Source: an uncultured Gemmatimonadales bacterium (lineage in GTDB: Bacteria; Gemmatimonadota; Gemmatimonadetes; Gemmatimonadales; GWC2-71-9). Taken from it: a DNA stretch of 64,000 nucleotides. The notes under the pieces are model-generated. The model saw nothing but the letters and a program-made list of their open reading frames with translations. It was not told the origin of the DNA and searched no databases. This document shows positions 21,839-32,402 of this stretch, piece after piece. The position numbers were made by a program, and so were the translations under genes. Each line of letters starts with the position of its first letter. The stretch's first letter is position 1. Location: positions 1 through 64,000 of the forward strand of contig CAWGED010000007.1 of NCBI GenBank assembly GCA_963821525.1, in the 5' to 3' direction.

Positions 21839-23948
21839 ATGCCAGTCCACAATTTTCTTCGCGACCTTGCCATCGTTCTGGTGACCGCCGCGATCACGGC
21901 GCTCACCTGCCAGCGGCTCAAGCTGCCGGTTGTCCTTGGCTACCTGCTGGCCGGCTTCCTGGTCGGTCCCCGAACTCCTCCCCGCCTCATCGCCGACGAA
22001 GCATCGATCCAGACTCTGTCGGAGCTGGGCGTCGTCTTGCTGATGTTCAGCATCGGGCTGGAGTTCCGCGTGCGACAGGTAGTCGCGCTCGCCCCAACCG
22101 CCGGGCTCACCGCGGCCGTCGAAGTCAGCGGCATGCTGGTGCTGGGCTATGCCGTCGGCCATCTCCTCGGGTGGACCTCGCTCGCCAGTCTCTTCGCGGC
22201 TGGAGTCGTAGCGATTTCCAGCACGATGATCATCGTGAAGACGTTCGAAGAAGAGCCGCCGGCGCGGGAGTTCAAGGACTTCCTCTTCGGGGTGCTGATC
22301 TTCGAGGACCTCGCGGCGGTCCTGCTGCTCACGATTCTCACCTCGGTTGCCTCTACCGGTGCCCTGACGATTTCTCTGGTTGGCCGTGGTCTCGCCGGTC
22401 TCGCGTTGGCGTTGCTCGTCATGCTGGCGGCGGGCATGCTGGTCGTTCCCCGCGCGGTGCGCGCTGCGGCGCAGCATTGGCGGCCGGAGACAATGGTGCT
22501 GGTCGGTGTGGGTTTCTGCTTTGGCATGGCTGCCGTAGCTCGGGCCTTCGGCTACTCGGTCGCCCTCGGCGCCTTCCTCGCCGGCTGTCTGGTCGCCGAG
22601 TCTGGCGCCGGGCGCCAGATCGAGCGGGAAATCCGGCCGGTTCGCGACATGTTCGCGGCGATTTTCTTCGTGGCGGTGGGGATGCAATTCGATTTCGGGG
22701 GAATTCGAGAGCACTGGCCGCTGGTGCTCCTCTTTCTGCTCATCGTCACAATGGGCAAGCTGGCCTGCGGTATCGGTGGGCTCCTTTCTGGCGGGACGCG
22801 GAGTCCGCACCGCGGTACGGACCGGCATGAGTATGGCGCAGATCGGAGAGTTCTCGTTCATCATCGCGGCCGTAGGCTTGCAACTGGGTGCGGTACCGTC
22901 CGAGCTCTACGCGGTGGCCATCACCGTTTCGGCTATTACCGCCTTCACTACGCCCTGGACCGTGCGGTACGCTCCGGCGCTCGCGGGATACGTGGACCGC
23001 AAGCTGCCCCATCCGCTTCAGTCCTTTGCCTCACTGTATGGGACATGGGTCGAAGCGTTGCGCCGCAGCCCTGCCCGAGGTTCCCTTCCCGCTGTGGGCC
23101 GATTGCTCTGGCTGCTGTTGCTGGACGCCCTCGCCGTCCTGGCCATCGTGCTTGGTTACCCCATCGTGCATCGTCGCCTTATAGACCTGATCGGCACGCA
23201 GGTTGGTCTCTCAGCCGGCGTGGCGCGCCTGGTGCTCGTTCTCGTCACGCTCGCCCTGTTGGCGCCGTTTGTGTTTGGTATTGTCGCCGTGGCGCGGCGG
23301 CTCGGCCTCGGACTCGCCGCGGCCGCGCTGCCACCGCCGGGCCGCGGGAAAGTGGATAACGCGTTCGCCCCACGGCGGCTCATGGGACTGACGATGCAGA
23401 TCGCGGTGGTGCTCCTGGTGGGAGCGCCACTCGTCGCGATCACTCAGCCGTTTCTGCCGCCCTTCGGGGGGATTCTGGTCCTGGCGGGGGTGCTGGCGCT
23501 GCTCGGAATCGGGTTCTATCGCAGCGCGAGTGAACTACAGGGTCATCTCAAGGCTGGCGCGGAGGTGGTTGTTGCCGCCCTCGCGAAGCAATCGGCGGCG
23601 GACTCCAGCGTTGATCTTGCCCGCCGCTTGCTGCCGGGCCTCGGTGACTTCACGGCAGCACACGTAGGCGAAGGAAGTGAGGCGGATGACCGCACCCTGA
23701 CCGAGCTGAATCTCCGTGGCCGGACCGGAGCCACCATACTCGGGCTGCTCCGCGGCGACCGCCGCATCCCGTTCCCCGACGCCGGAGAACGGCTCCAGGC
23801 GGGCGACCTGGTCGCCCTCACGGGCAGCCACGATGCCATCGCCGCTGCCAAGGCTCTACTCACCTCATCCCGGAGTCTCTCGATCACACCTGACAGCCAA
23901 TTTGAAATTTTCAATTTGCAATTTTCTAATTTCAAATCTTCAATCTGA
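21839..23948 (+). CDS. CPA2 cation:proton antiporter with TrkA-C domain (frameshift near 22775)
   Basis: GYLLAG, LMFSIGLEF, ISST, FEDL, ALGAFLAG, QIGEFSF; C-terminal LNLRGRTGATIL. Confidence 0.92.
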
Positions 23949-23968
23949 AATCTTCAATCTTCAATTTC
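23898..23968. repeat. Heptamer array (CAATTTG/CAATCTT family, lone right-type arm)
   Basis: caatttg aaatttt caatttg caatttt ctaattt caaatct tcaatct gaaatct tcaatct tcaattt, between convergent genes. Confidence 0.92.
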
Positions 23969-25631
23969 AGTCCCGTCCCCTCACCACCACCCGTCCCGGC
24001 AGCGCCCCCGTATGCTCCCCATCCTTGAGCACCTGGGTGCCATTCACAAACACGTGCACCATTCCCGTGGCGTATTGGTGCGGCTTATCGAAGGTCGCGT
24101 GATCCTGGATTTTCCCGGGATCGAAGACGGCGATGTCGGCGAAGTAACCCGGCTTCAGGTTGCCCCGATGCTTGAGCCCCAGATTCGCGGCGGGCAAACC
24201 TGAAAGTTTGCGGATCGCCTCGGCCATCGGCATCAGCTTTTCGTCACGCGTGTACTTGGCGAGGACCCGCGCAAAGTTCCCGTAGGCCCTTGGATGCGGG
24301 TTCGACTTGAGGAACACTCCTTCCGGCGCCTCCGACTCGGCGTCGGATCCGAAGCTCACCCACGGAAGGACTACCTCTTTCCTGATGTTGTCCTCGGACA
24401 TCAGGAAATACACCGTGCCCACCCGGCTGCCATCCTGGATCACGAGATCCATCGCCGTCTCCTCCGGCGACTTGCCTCGCATCTTTGCCACTTCGGCGAG
24501 GGTTTTTCCGGTCAGGGGCTTGAGAGAGTCTTCCTTGAAGGCGACGAGCAATATCCGATCGGGGGACCCAGCGGCGAGGTAGAGGCTCTCCCACTTGTCG
24601 GTCGGGGTTTTCATCTCGCGCACCACCTTCGCCCGGATCGCCGGATCCTTGAGCCGCTTGATCCACTCCGGCAGTCCCCCCTCCTGCACCCAGGGCGGCA
24701 TCGAAGCATCGAGCCCGGTCGCGCCGGCGGGATAGGTATACATATCGGCGGTGATTCGATGTCCGGCTGCGCGGGCTGAATCCACTTTCTGGATTACCTC
24801 GTCCATCTTCGGCCAGTTGGCGTTCCCTGCTGCCTTGAGATGATAGATCTCGGCCGGTATCCCGGCCCGCGCCGAGATCTGAATCAGCTCATCCACCGCT
24901 TCGAGCAGACGGTTGCCTTCGCTCCGCATGTGGCTGATGTACATCCCTCCGTAGGGCGCTGCGACCTTGCAAAGCTCGACCAGCTCGTCGGTGCTGGCGT
25001 AGAAGGCGGGGGCATAGATGAGCGCGGAGCCGATACCGAAGGCGCCCTCCTCCATCGCCTGCTTCACCAGCGCGCGCATGGAGTTCAGCTCGGCCGCGGT
25101 CGGGGGCCGGTCGTCGAAGCCGATCACGTTTTCCCGGATTGTCGTGGCCCCCACAAACGATCCCACGTTCGTGGCGATGCCTTTGCGCTCCAGGAAATCC
25201 AGGTATTCGCGCAGCGTGGTCCATTGAATGTCGTACTTGATATCGCCCTGGTTGGCCTTGTTGTACGCCTTGAGCGAGTCGGACCAGGGACCCATGGATT
25301 CCCCTTCGCCCATGATCTCCAGGGTCACGCCCTGGCGAATCTCGCCCTGCGACTTCCCGTCTTCGATCAGCGTTTCGGTGGCCCAGCTCAGCATGTTGAT
25401 GAAGCCGGGCGCAACCGCCAGGCCGGTGACGTCGAGCTCGACCTTGCCGCGAGCCTTCGAGAGATCTCCAATCGCGGCGACGGTATCGCCTTTGATCGCG
25501 ACGTCGGCGGTGACCGGGGCAGCGCCGGTCCCGTCATAGACGGTACCGTGGCGGAGGATGGTGTCGTAGCTCGGTCCGCACCCTGCGAGCGCCCCCATCA
25601 AACCAATGAACCCGACCGACCGACGAAGCAT
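23967..25631 (-). CDS. D-aminoacylase family amidohydrolase (lipoprotein)
   Basis: LAGC lipobox, VAPGFIN, YISHMRSE, EIYHLK, GSD, HPRAYGNF. Confidence 0.9.
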   Translation of the reverse strand: MLRRSVGFIGLMGALAGCGPSYDTILRHGTVYDGTGAAPVTADVAIKGDTVAAIGDLSKARGKVELDVTGLAVAPGFINMLSWATETLIEDGKSQGEIRQGVTLEIMGEGESMGPWSDSLKAYNKANQGDIKYDIQWTTLREYLDFLERKGIATNVGSFVGATTIRENVIGFDDRPPTAAELNSMRALVKQAMEEGAFGIGSALIYAPAFYASTDELVELCKVAAPYGGMYISHMRSEGNRLLEAVDELIQISARAGIPAEIYHLKAAGNANWPKMDEVIQKVDSARAAGHRITADMYTYPAGATGLDASMPPWVQEGGLPEWIKRLKDPAIRAKVVREMKTPTDKWESLYLAAGSPDRILLVAFKEDSLKPLTGKTLAEVAKMRGKSPEETAMDLVIQDGSRVGTVYFLMSEDNIRKEVVLPWVSFGSDAESEAPEGVFLKSNPHPRAYGNFARVLAKYTRDEKLMPMAEAIRKLSGLPAANLGLKHRGNLKPGYFADIAVFDPGKIQDHATFDKPHQYATGMVHVFVNGTQVLKDGEHTGALPGRVVVRGRD

Positions 25632-25640
25632 GTTAGCTCC

Positions 25641-26330
25641 TCAGGTGAGTGTGACCTTGCGAATATCGGCGACATCAATGACGCGAACTCCACTGACCGG
25701 CTGCTCAACGGCGTGCACCAAGGCTCGCACCATCTGAGGACGGGAGACGAGGCCCAGGCGCCTCGCCGTTTGCCGGAGAGAAGGAGTCAGCTCCGCCAGC
25801 CAGTAGCCGGGCAACAGCAGGGCAGGCCACCAGTGCCCTGGACCCAGCACGTACCAGGGGCGAAGGAACGTGGCGCTGAGCCCGCTGTCCCGAATCAACT
25901 GCTCCCCGCGAACCCGTGCGGCGACGTACGCTTTCATCGATGGTGCCGGCTGAGCCACGCTCACGTAGATGAAGTGCTTCACGCCGGCCGTGACTGCCAC
26001 GGGAACCGCCGCGGCTACAGATGCCAGATCGATAGTCAGGAATTGTTCTGCCTTGGCCGGGCTGGGATGCGAGACACCGACCAGGTGCACGAACGTGTCC
26101 GCCGGCGCCACCTGTGCGGCATACGAGAGACCGTGGAGCGCATCTCCCACCACCGGCATTGCGCCCAAAGGCAGTCGGCTGACTGAGCCCTGTCGAACCA
26201 GAGCCCGCACCGAGTGGCCGCGTTTGGTCAGCTGGCGAATCAGTTGAGCGCCGAGGTAACCGGTTCCCCCTGTGATGAAGACCGTGCGCGGGGGTGTGTC
26301 GGGCGACGATGGTCGATGGTCGATGGTCAA
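25641..26330 (-). CDS. NAD-dependent epimerase/dehydratase (SDR); start lies in repeat and is uncertain
   Basis: VFITGGTGYLG, YVAAR, LRPWYVLGPG. Confidence 0.88.
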   Translation of the reverse strand: MTIDHRPSSPDTPPRTVFITGGTGYLGAQLIRQLTKRGHSVRALVRQGSVSRLPLGAMPVVGDALHGLSYAAQVAPADTFVHLVGVSHPSPAKAEQFLTIDLASVAAAVPVAVTAGVKHFIYVSVAQPAPSMKAYVAARVRGEQLIRDSGLSATFLRPWYVLGPGHWWPALLLPGYWLAELTPSLRQTARRLGLVSRPQMVRALVHAVEQPVSGVRVIDVADIRKVTLT

Positions 26331-26475
26331 TGGTCAATGGTCGCAGGTCATCGGGATCACGACTCCAAAATCCGATTGGCGACAATCGGCAAACCACAAT
26401 CAGCAATCAGCAATCAGCAATCAGCAATCAGCAATCAGCCATCGACTATCGACTATCGACTATCGACCAATCGAC
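26307..26475. repeat. Inverted pair of heptamer arrays (CGATGGT left / CAATCAG-to-CTATCGA right)
   Basis: (cgatggt)3(caatggt)2 ... (caatcag)6 ccatcga (ctatcga)3. Confidence 0.96.
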
Positions 26476-27498
26476 CGTCCATAGCGTGCCGCTATCATCT
26501 CGGCCACGATCGCGAGCGCTACCTCGGTGGGGGACCGGCCGCCCAGATCGAGTCCAATCGGTCCATGGATCCGGTCGATGTCGGCATCCCTGAAACCCGC
26601 TTCCCGCAGGCGCTCCCGTCTCTTGTCCTGGGTCTTGCGCGACCCGATCGCCCCGAGGTAGCGAGCCGCCGACCTGAGTCCGATCTCGAGGGCCGGGTCG
26701 TCGAACTTGGGATCGTGAGAGAGAATGCAGATGTAGGTGGCCCGGTCAATTCCAATCCGGGCGAACGCGGCTTCGGGCCAATCGAGCACCAGCTCATCCG
26801 CTTCGGGAAACCGCTCTCGAGTGAGAAACGCCTCTCGAGCGTCGGCCACTATGGTCCGGAATCCCACAGCCTTGGCCAAGGGCACCAATGCCATCGCGAT
26901 ATGGCCCGCGCCGAACACCACCAGCTTTGGTCGCCGCGCAAAGACTTCGAGGAATACCTTGGCCCTACCGCCATCCGGCAAAGGCAATTCTACGGTGCGG
27001 CTCTTTTCGGTGCGGAGCGATTCGAGAGCCGCATCGTGGATCTGGTCGGCGAGCCAGGCAAGGTCGCCCGGGGTGGTAACGGCACCGTCCTCTCGAATCA
27101 CGACCGATCGCCCGATCGACCCACCATCCAGCACGGTCGCCACCACGGATCCGCTCTCATCGCTCGCCGCGGCGATGACTTCATGGCGAATCGAGGGTTC
27201 GACGAACACTTCGATCGTACCCGCCGCACGCGAGACCTACCTCCCAGGCGCGCTCATGGGTCACCCCGAAACTGACCAGGCGAGGAGTGTCCTGCTCGAT
27301 TGCCTGAACGATCTCCTGCAACACGGCACTCTCGACACATCCTCCGGAAATCGATCCCGCAAAGGCTCCAGTTTCGGTGCCCAGCATGCAGGCGCCTTCC
27401 GGTCGGGGTGCCGAACCCCAAACACTGGTGACCACCGCTCGCCCCAGACGCGACCCCTGAGTCGAAAGGCGTTCCAGCTCGTTGAGCACGTCGCGCAT
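26460..27498 (-). CDS. xdhC: XdhC/CoxI family molybdoenzyme maturation factor (frameshift near 27225)
   Basis: WGSAPRPEGA, GSISGGCVE, GLACGG, FGAGHI, YLGAIGSR, IHGPIGLDLG. Confidence 0.92.
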
Positions 27499-27511
27499 GG
27501 GTTCCTCGGCC

Positions 27512-28147
27512 TTAAGCGTCGCCTTCCAGCTCGCGAAGGTCTTCCCGAGTATCGACGTCGGGGTTGGCGCCCGGCAGGTCGAGTGTCGCTACCGATCCGG
27601 GCTGAGAGGCGAGCAGCGAGCTGAGCCCATGGTCGCCCTCGAGCCGATCCACCAAATGCCAGAGTCCGCGATCGAGCAGCACCGGATGTCCGGGAGCGTC
27701 GGGCTGTTGTGAGTATCGGGGTCGGACCGAGATGCCCTTCTGTCGCCAGTAGTAGACCAGGTGTTCGATGGCGTCGTCTCGTAGCAGCGGCTCGTCTCCC
27801 AGAATGATGAGCGCGGCGCCCGCAGGAGGCGTTCGACCAGCCGCTGTGAGGGACTTGAGCCCACATCTGATGGAGGTGGCGAGCCCCTCGTCGGCATCCG
27901 GATTGGGGACCAACTCCAGTCCCGCGGTATCGAGGTGCCAGCCCAGCCGAGTGTCGCCCGACCGCACGACTGCCACTCCGCCTGCCAGGAAGCCGTTCGC
28001 CATGGCTTGAGCGATTGCGATTCCCACGTGGGCAATCAGCGGTTTTCCGTGAAACGGGGCAAGGAGCTTGTCGCCGCCGAAGCGCAGACCCTGTCCCGCC
28101 GCGAGAACAAGGGCGTAGGCGGCACTCTCCCCGGCCGTCAGGCTCAC
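27512..28147 (-). CDS. Molybdenum cofactor cytidylyltransferase-like NTP transferase (MocA-like)
   Basis: VLAAGQGLRFGGDKLL, GLATSI, LGDEP, GHPVL, DVDT; adjacent to xdhC. Confidence 0.85.
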   Translation of the reverse strand: MSLTAGESAAYALVLAAGQGLRFGGDKLLAPFHGKPLIAHVGIAIAQAMANGFLAGGVAVVRSGDTRLGWHLDTAGLELVPNPDADEGLATSIRCGLKSLTAAGRTPPAGAALIILGDEPLLRDDAIEHLVYYWRQKGISVRPRYSQQPDAPGHPVLLDRGLWHLVDRLEGDHGLSSLLASQPGSVATLDLPGANPDVDTREDLRELEGDA

Positions 28148-28216
28148 GTCATTCTCTCCCCGCCAGGGATAACCGGCGCCCCTGGACCATGGCGCATGTG
28201 CAACAGGGTCAAGGCC

Positions 28217-28245
28217 TTGACCCGTCGCGTCGCAGTTCTTACCAT
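28217..28245 (+). promoter_or_regulatory. sigma70 promoter for leader peptide/tRNA-Asn
   Basis: TTGACC (28217-22), 17 bp, TACCAT (28240-45); -35 sits inside the perfect palindrome GGGTCAAGGCCTTGACCC (28206-28223). Confidence 0.75.
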
Positions 28246-28254
28246 TGACGGCCC

Positions 28255-28326
28255 ATGATTACGAAAGCTGCCGGTCTCGCGAATCGAAACGCGAACAATC
28301 CGCCGACCAGGACGGGTTGGGCATAG
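28255..28326 (+). CDS. Putative Asn-rich attenuator leader peptide MITKAAGLANRNANNPPTRTGWA
   Basis: 23 codons, with 4 Asn codons within codons 10-15; lies between promoter and terminator upstream of tRNA-Asn. Confidence 0.7.
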   Translation: MITKAAGLANRNANNPPTRTGWA

Positions 28327-28351
28327 CCGGCGTCTGTAGCCCGCGCTGACC

Positions 28352-28383
28352 CGACCCGTCGTCCGGCGGGTCGCTTTGTTTTT
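28352..28383 (+). terminator. Intrinsic terminator (attenuator) directly upstream of tRNA-Asn
   Basis: cgacccgtc-gtcc-ggcgggtcg followed by ctttgttttt. Confidence 0.85.
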
Positions 28384-28455
28384 GGGGTGTAGCTCAACTG
28401 GCAGAGCGCCCGGCTGTTAACCGGGAGGTTGCAGGTTCGATTCCTGCCGCCCCAG
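28383..28455 (+). tRNA. tRNA-Asn (GTT), CCA not encoded
   Basis: Full cloverleaf: acceptor TGGGGTG/CGCCCCA, D arm GCTC/GAGC, anticodon arm CCCGG-CTGTTAA-CCGGG, T arm GCAGG-TTCGATT-CCTGC, discriminator G. Confidence 0.96.
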
Positions 28456-28460
28456 TAGTT

Positions 28461-28561
28461 CAGCTGTTAGCTATTAGCCATTAGCTCTTAGCTGTTAGCG
28501 GCTGACGGCTGACGGCTCACGGCCGACAGCTAATAGCTAAGAGCTAACAGCTAATCGCTGA
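28461..28561. repeat. Inverted pair of heptamer arrays (GCTGTTA left / GCTGACG-GCTAACA right)
   Basis: gctgtta gctatta gccatta gctctta gctgtta gcg gctgacg gctgacg gctcacg gccgaca gctaata gctaaga gctaaca gctaatc. Confidence 0.95.
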
Positions 28562-28565
28562 TCCC

Positions 28566-30146
28566 TCACCCCAACACTTCATACGCCGGAATCGTCAGAA
28601 ACTCCTCCTCCACGTCCCCAATCACCAGCCGATCCAGCAGTCGCGACGCATCCTGCATGCGACCCGGCGCCTTCCGCTCCGAAACCAGGCTCTCTGCCTC
28701 TCCCTGCCGCAGACGCTGGTACAGCTCTCCAGTGAACCGACTTCCATCGTCCAGAGCGACTCCGCGCTTCACCCACTGACGAAGTTGCATGCGGGAGATT
28801 TCCGCCGTTGCCGAGTCTTCCATCAAGTTGGCGATGCCGACCGCACCGCGTCCCTCCAGCCAGTTTTCGATGTACTCGAGTGCTACCCGGATATTACCCC
28901 GGACTCCAGCGACCGTAACCCGGCCTCCGGGGATCCGGACATCGAGCAATTGGTCTCGGGTGACCCGCACCTCTTCGCGCAGTCGCTCCTTCTGATTGGG
29001 ACGGTTGCCGAGGACCACATCGAATGCCTCACGGGCCACCGGCACCAGATCGGGATGAGCGACCCAGGAACCGTCGAACCCGTCGCCTGCCTCGCGACTC
29101 TTGTCCTCCCTCACTTTCGCCAGCGCACGCGCATTTACCTCGGCATCGCGCCGTGAAGGTATGAACGCGGCCATTCCCCCAATGGCATGCGCCCCGCGGC
29201 GATGGCAGGTCTGCACCAGCAACTCGGTATAGGCCCGCATGAACGGCACGGTCATTGTGATCTGTCCGCGGTCCGGCAGGGCGAATTCGGGTCGGTCTCC
29301 GAAATTCTTCAGCAGGCTGAAGATGTAGTCCCAGCGGCCGGCGTTGAGCCCGGAGGCATGCTCCCTGAGTTCATGGAGGATTTCTTCCATCTCGAATGCC
29401 GCCGGGGCAGTCTCGACCAGCACCGTCGCGCGAATTGAACCGGCCGGAATTCCCAGGGTCTCCTGGGCGAAGACGAAGACCGCGTTCCACAGTCGTGCTT
29501 CGAGATGGCTCTCCAGCTTGGGGAGATAGAAGTAGGGTCCGCTCTGCCGGCGCAAAAGCTCGGCAGCGTTGTGAAAGAAGTGAAGGCCGAAGTCAACGAG
29601 ACTCGCAGAAACCGGACTTCCGCCGAGCAGCAGGTGTTTTTCGTTCAGGTGCCACCCGCGGGGACGGACCACCAGCGTTGCCGGACGCGGGCCCAAGGCG
29701 TAGTGCTTCCCTTCGGGTGAGGTGTAACTGATTCGCCCCCGCACTGCCTCCTGACAGTTCAGCTGGCCGCCGATCACGTTCTCCCACGTCGGCGAGAGGG
29801 CATCCTCGAAGTCGGCCATGAAGACCTGCGCCCCGGAATTGAGCGCGTTGATCATCATCTTCCGCTCGACCGGCCCAGTGATCTCGACCCTCCGGTTCAA
29901 CAGATCGGCCGGCGCCGGTGCCACCTGCCAGGATCCCTCTCGAACCCCGCGGGTCTCGGCCAGGAAATCGGGAAGCTCTCCGGCTCTGAAGGCATCCCGC
30001 CTTCGCATCCGTGCCGCCAGCAGGTCCGCTCGCGTTTCCGCGAAGCGATGTTCCAGCGCCGCGAGAAAATCGAGTGCCTCGCTGGTGAGGACTTCCCGAT
30101 CGCCCTCCACAGGCGGTCCGGCGACTCTGAGTTGGGGTTGGGACAT
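28566..30146 (-). CDS. aceB: Malate synthase A
   Basis: [54 protein letters not shown]. Confidence 0.96.
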   Translation of the reverse strand: MSQPQLRVAGPPVEGDREVLTSEALDFLAALEHRFAETRADLLAARMRRRDAFRAGELPDFLAETRGVREGSWQVAPAPADLLNRRVEITGPVERKMMINALNSGAQVFMADFEDALSPTWENVIGGQLNCQEAVRGRISYTSPEGKHYALGPRPATLVVRPRGWHLNEKHLLLGGSPVSASLVDFGLHFFHNAAELLRRQSGPYFYLPKLESHLEARLWNAVFVFAQETLGIPAGSIRATVLVETAPAAFEMEEILHELREHASGLNAGRWDYIFSLLKNFGDRPEFALPDRGQITMTVPFMRAYTELLVQTCHRRGAHAIGGMAAFIPSRRDAEVNARALAKVREDKSREAGDGFDGSWVAHPDLVPVAREAFDVVLGNRPNQKERLREEVRVTRDQLLDVRIPGGRVTVAGVRGNIRVALEYIENWLEGRGAVGIANLMEDSATAEISRMQLRQWVKRGVALDDGSRFTGELYQRLRQGEAESLVSERKAPGRMQDASRLLDRLVIGDVEEEFLTIPAYEVLG

Positions 30147-30209
30147 GGGCTCATCCGGCTGGTTAGACCACCGAATGATAGCTTGCCGGGCCGTATTACC
30201 TTGTGAAGC

Positions 30210-31451
30210 GTGACCACGACCACCACCACCCACGACAGCTATGCCGCGCTGCGAGTCCCCAATTTTCGGCAGCTCATCTATTCGGTGCTCGGTGAGACGC
30301 TCGGCTCCCAGATCCAGATGGTCGTCGTCGGTTGGCAGGTATACGCCTTTACCAGGGATCCCCTCTCCCTTGGCCTGATCGGGCTCGCCGAGGCGCTTCC
30401 TTTCATTTCATGCGCGCTCCTGGCCGGGCATGTGGCGGATGTGGCGGACCGGCGCCGAGTGGTCACCGGCGCCTTGAGCGTGCTGACGATGTGTTCCGTC
30501 TCCCTTCTGGTCCTGACGATAACGGGCGCCGTGGGGCCCGGGCGGGTGTGGCCCTTCTACGTCGTCATCTTCCTGAGCGGCATTGCGCGAAGTTTCCTCA
30601 TGACTTCCCGCACGGCGTTGTTCTCTGAGATCGTGCCCCGGGAGCTTTATGCCAACGCGATTCCCTGGCGCAGCTCCACCTGGCAGTTCGCCGCAGTCGC
30701 CGGACCTGCCGCGGGCGGCCTGATCTATGGCTTCGCGGGACCGAAAGCTGCCTATGGGACCGCGATCGTTCTGATCGGCCTGGCCAGTCTCGCCATCATG
30801 TTGGTTCGCAAGGAGCCTCGAACCATCCCGGCACGGACCGAAGCGCTCGCGGAAAGCCTCTTTGCCGGAGTCCGCTTCGTCCGGCAGCAGCCTCTGTTGC
30901 TCGGCGCCATTACTCTTGACCTCTTCGCGGTGTTGTTCGGTGGGGCGGAGGCGCTGGCCCCGGTCTTCGCAGCGGAGATTCTCCATGTGGGCCCCCAAGG
31001 CCTGGGGCTGATCCGTGCCGCTCCGGCCGCTGGCGCCGTACTCATGGCAGTATATCTGTCGCATCGCCGGCCCATCGAGCGGAGCGGACGGGCTCTGCTC
31101 ACCGCGGTCGCCGTATTCGGCTGCTGCATGCTCGGGTTCGCCTTGTCCACCAATTTCCTGCTCTCGCTGGTACTCCTCGCGATGAGTGGTATGGCCGACA
31201 ACGTGAGCGTGGTCCTTCGCTCCACCCTGCTTCAGACCCTGCCTCCGCGCGAGATGCTTGGCCGAGTGGCCGCGGTCAATTCCATCTTCATCGGCTCTTC
31301 GAACGAAATCGGCGCCTTCGAGTCGGGGCTCGCTGCCAAGCTGCTTGGCACCGTCCCCTCGGTAGTCTTCGGCGGCTGCATGACCCTGCTCGTCGTGGCC
31401 ATTGCCGCGTGGCGCCTTCCTCAACTGCGCAAGCTGGGACGGCTGGCATGA
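30210..31451 (+). CDS. MFS transporter
   Basis: [11 protein letters not shown] motif [23 protein letters not shown]. Confidence 0.92.
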   Translation: MTTTTTTHDSYAALRVPNFRQLIYSVLGETLGSQIQMVVVGWQVYAFTRDPLSLGLIGLAEALPFISCALLAGHVADVADRRRVVTGALSVLTMCSVSLLVLTITGAVGPGRVWPFYVVIFLSGIARSFLMTSRTALFSEIVPRELYANAIPWRSSTWQFAAVAGPAAGGLIYGFAGPKAAYGTAIVLIGLASLAIMLVRKEPRTIPARTEALAESLFAGVRFVRQQPLLLGAITLDLFAVLFGGAEALAPVFAAEILHVGPQGLGLIRAAPAAGAVLMAVYLSHRRPIERSGRALLTAVAVFGCCMLGFALSTNFLLSLVLLAMSGMADNVSVVLRSTLLQTLPPREMLGRVAAVNSIFIGSSNEIGAFESGLAAKLLGTVPSVVFGGCMTLLVVAIAAWRLPQLRKLGRLA

Positions 31452-32339
31452 CAACCACCGTGGCGTTTCTGGGCCTGGGTGCGATGGGCACCCCGATGGC
31501 CGCAAATCTCACTCAGGCAGGCTTTCAGCTTCGAGTCTGGAATCGGACTCCTCACCCCCAGCGAGTTCCTCGCGGAGCCTGGTCCGCAGCGTCTCCGCGG
31601 GAAGCAGCCGAAGGCGCCGCTTTCGCGATCACGATGCTGGCGAACGATGATGCTGTGGAAGCAGTGACGAACGGTCCCGAAGGCCTGCTCGCCGGTCTCG
31701 ATAGCCATGGTGTGCATCTCGGCATGAGCACCGTTTCGCCGGGACTTTCCCGACGGTTGGCCGAGGCTCACACGGCACGGGGCAGCGCGTATGTCGCGGC
31801 ACCGGTCTTCGGTCGGCCTGATGCGGCGAAGAACAAGGCGCTCTGGATCGTCACCGGCGGCGAGCCCTCGGACCTGGAACGCTGTCGTCCGGTGTTGGAG
31901 GCGTTGGGCCAGGGCATTTTCCATATGGGCAGCCCCGCCGAAGCCGGGCTTGGCAAAACTGGTAGGGAACTTCCTGCTCGCCGCTACGATCGAGGCGTTG
32001 GGCGAAGCCCTCACGCTGGCCGAGAAGGGGGGGATCGATCCCGCCCGGCTCCATGAGATGCTCGTCACGACTCTGTTCGGATCCCCGGTGGTAAATAGCT
32101 ATGGCCTCAAGATTGTCCGCGGCGAATTCTTGCCCGCGGGCTTCGCGCTCCCACTGGGACTCAAGGATCTGCTCCTGGCCCGGGCCGCTGGACGCGAACT
32201 TGGCGTTCCCTTACCACTCGCCGACCTCATCACGCGCCATATCAACGATTCGATCGCGCGGGGTCGGACCGATTATGACTTCGCGGGGTTCACCCAGGTC
32301 ATTCGAGAAGCCGCGGGATTGCCTGAAGTGAAGCGGTAG
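31448..32339 (+). CDS. NAD(P)-dependent beta-hydroxyacid dehydrogenase family protein (frameshift near 31965)
   Basis: FLGLGAMGTPMA, VWNRT, APVFGRP, KLVGN, LGLKD. Confidence 0.9.
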
Positions 32340-32402
32340 TTGTCACTTGTGCGCTTACTGCGCCAAGGCTAGGCTATGACAGAACAACGCCATCCTTGTC
32401 CC

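Noticed and set aside
19927..21921. Long antisense ORFs (e.g. 664 aa opposite argH; also 24840..26186, 47038..48336)
   Set aside because: Shadow frames of high-GC coding sequence with no recognisable motifs.
26307..26475. Repeat arrays as CRISPR
   Set aside because: Units are 7-8 bp in direct tandem with no unique spacers, and there are no cas genes.
28383..28561. Genomic island integrated at tRNA-Asn
   Set aside because: No integrase, no duplicated tRNA 3' end noticed, and housekeeping genes lie on both sides.
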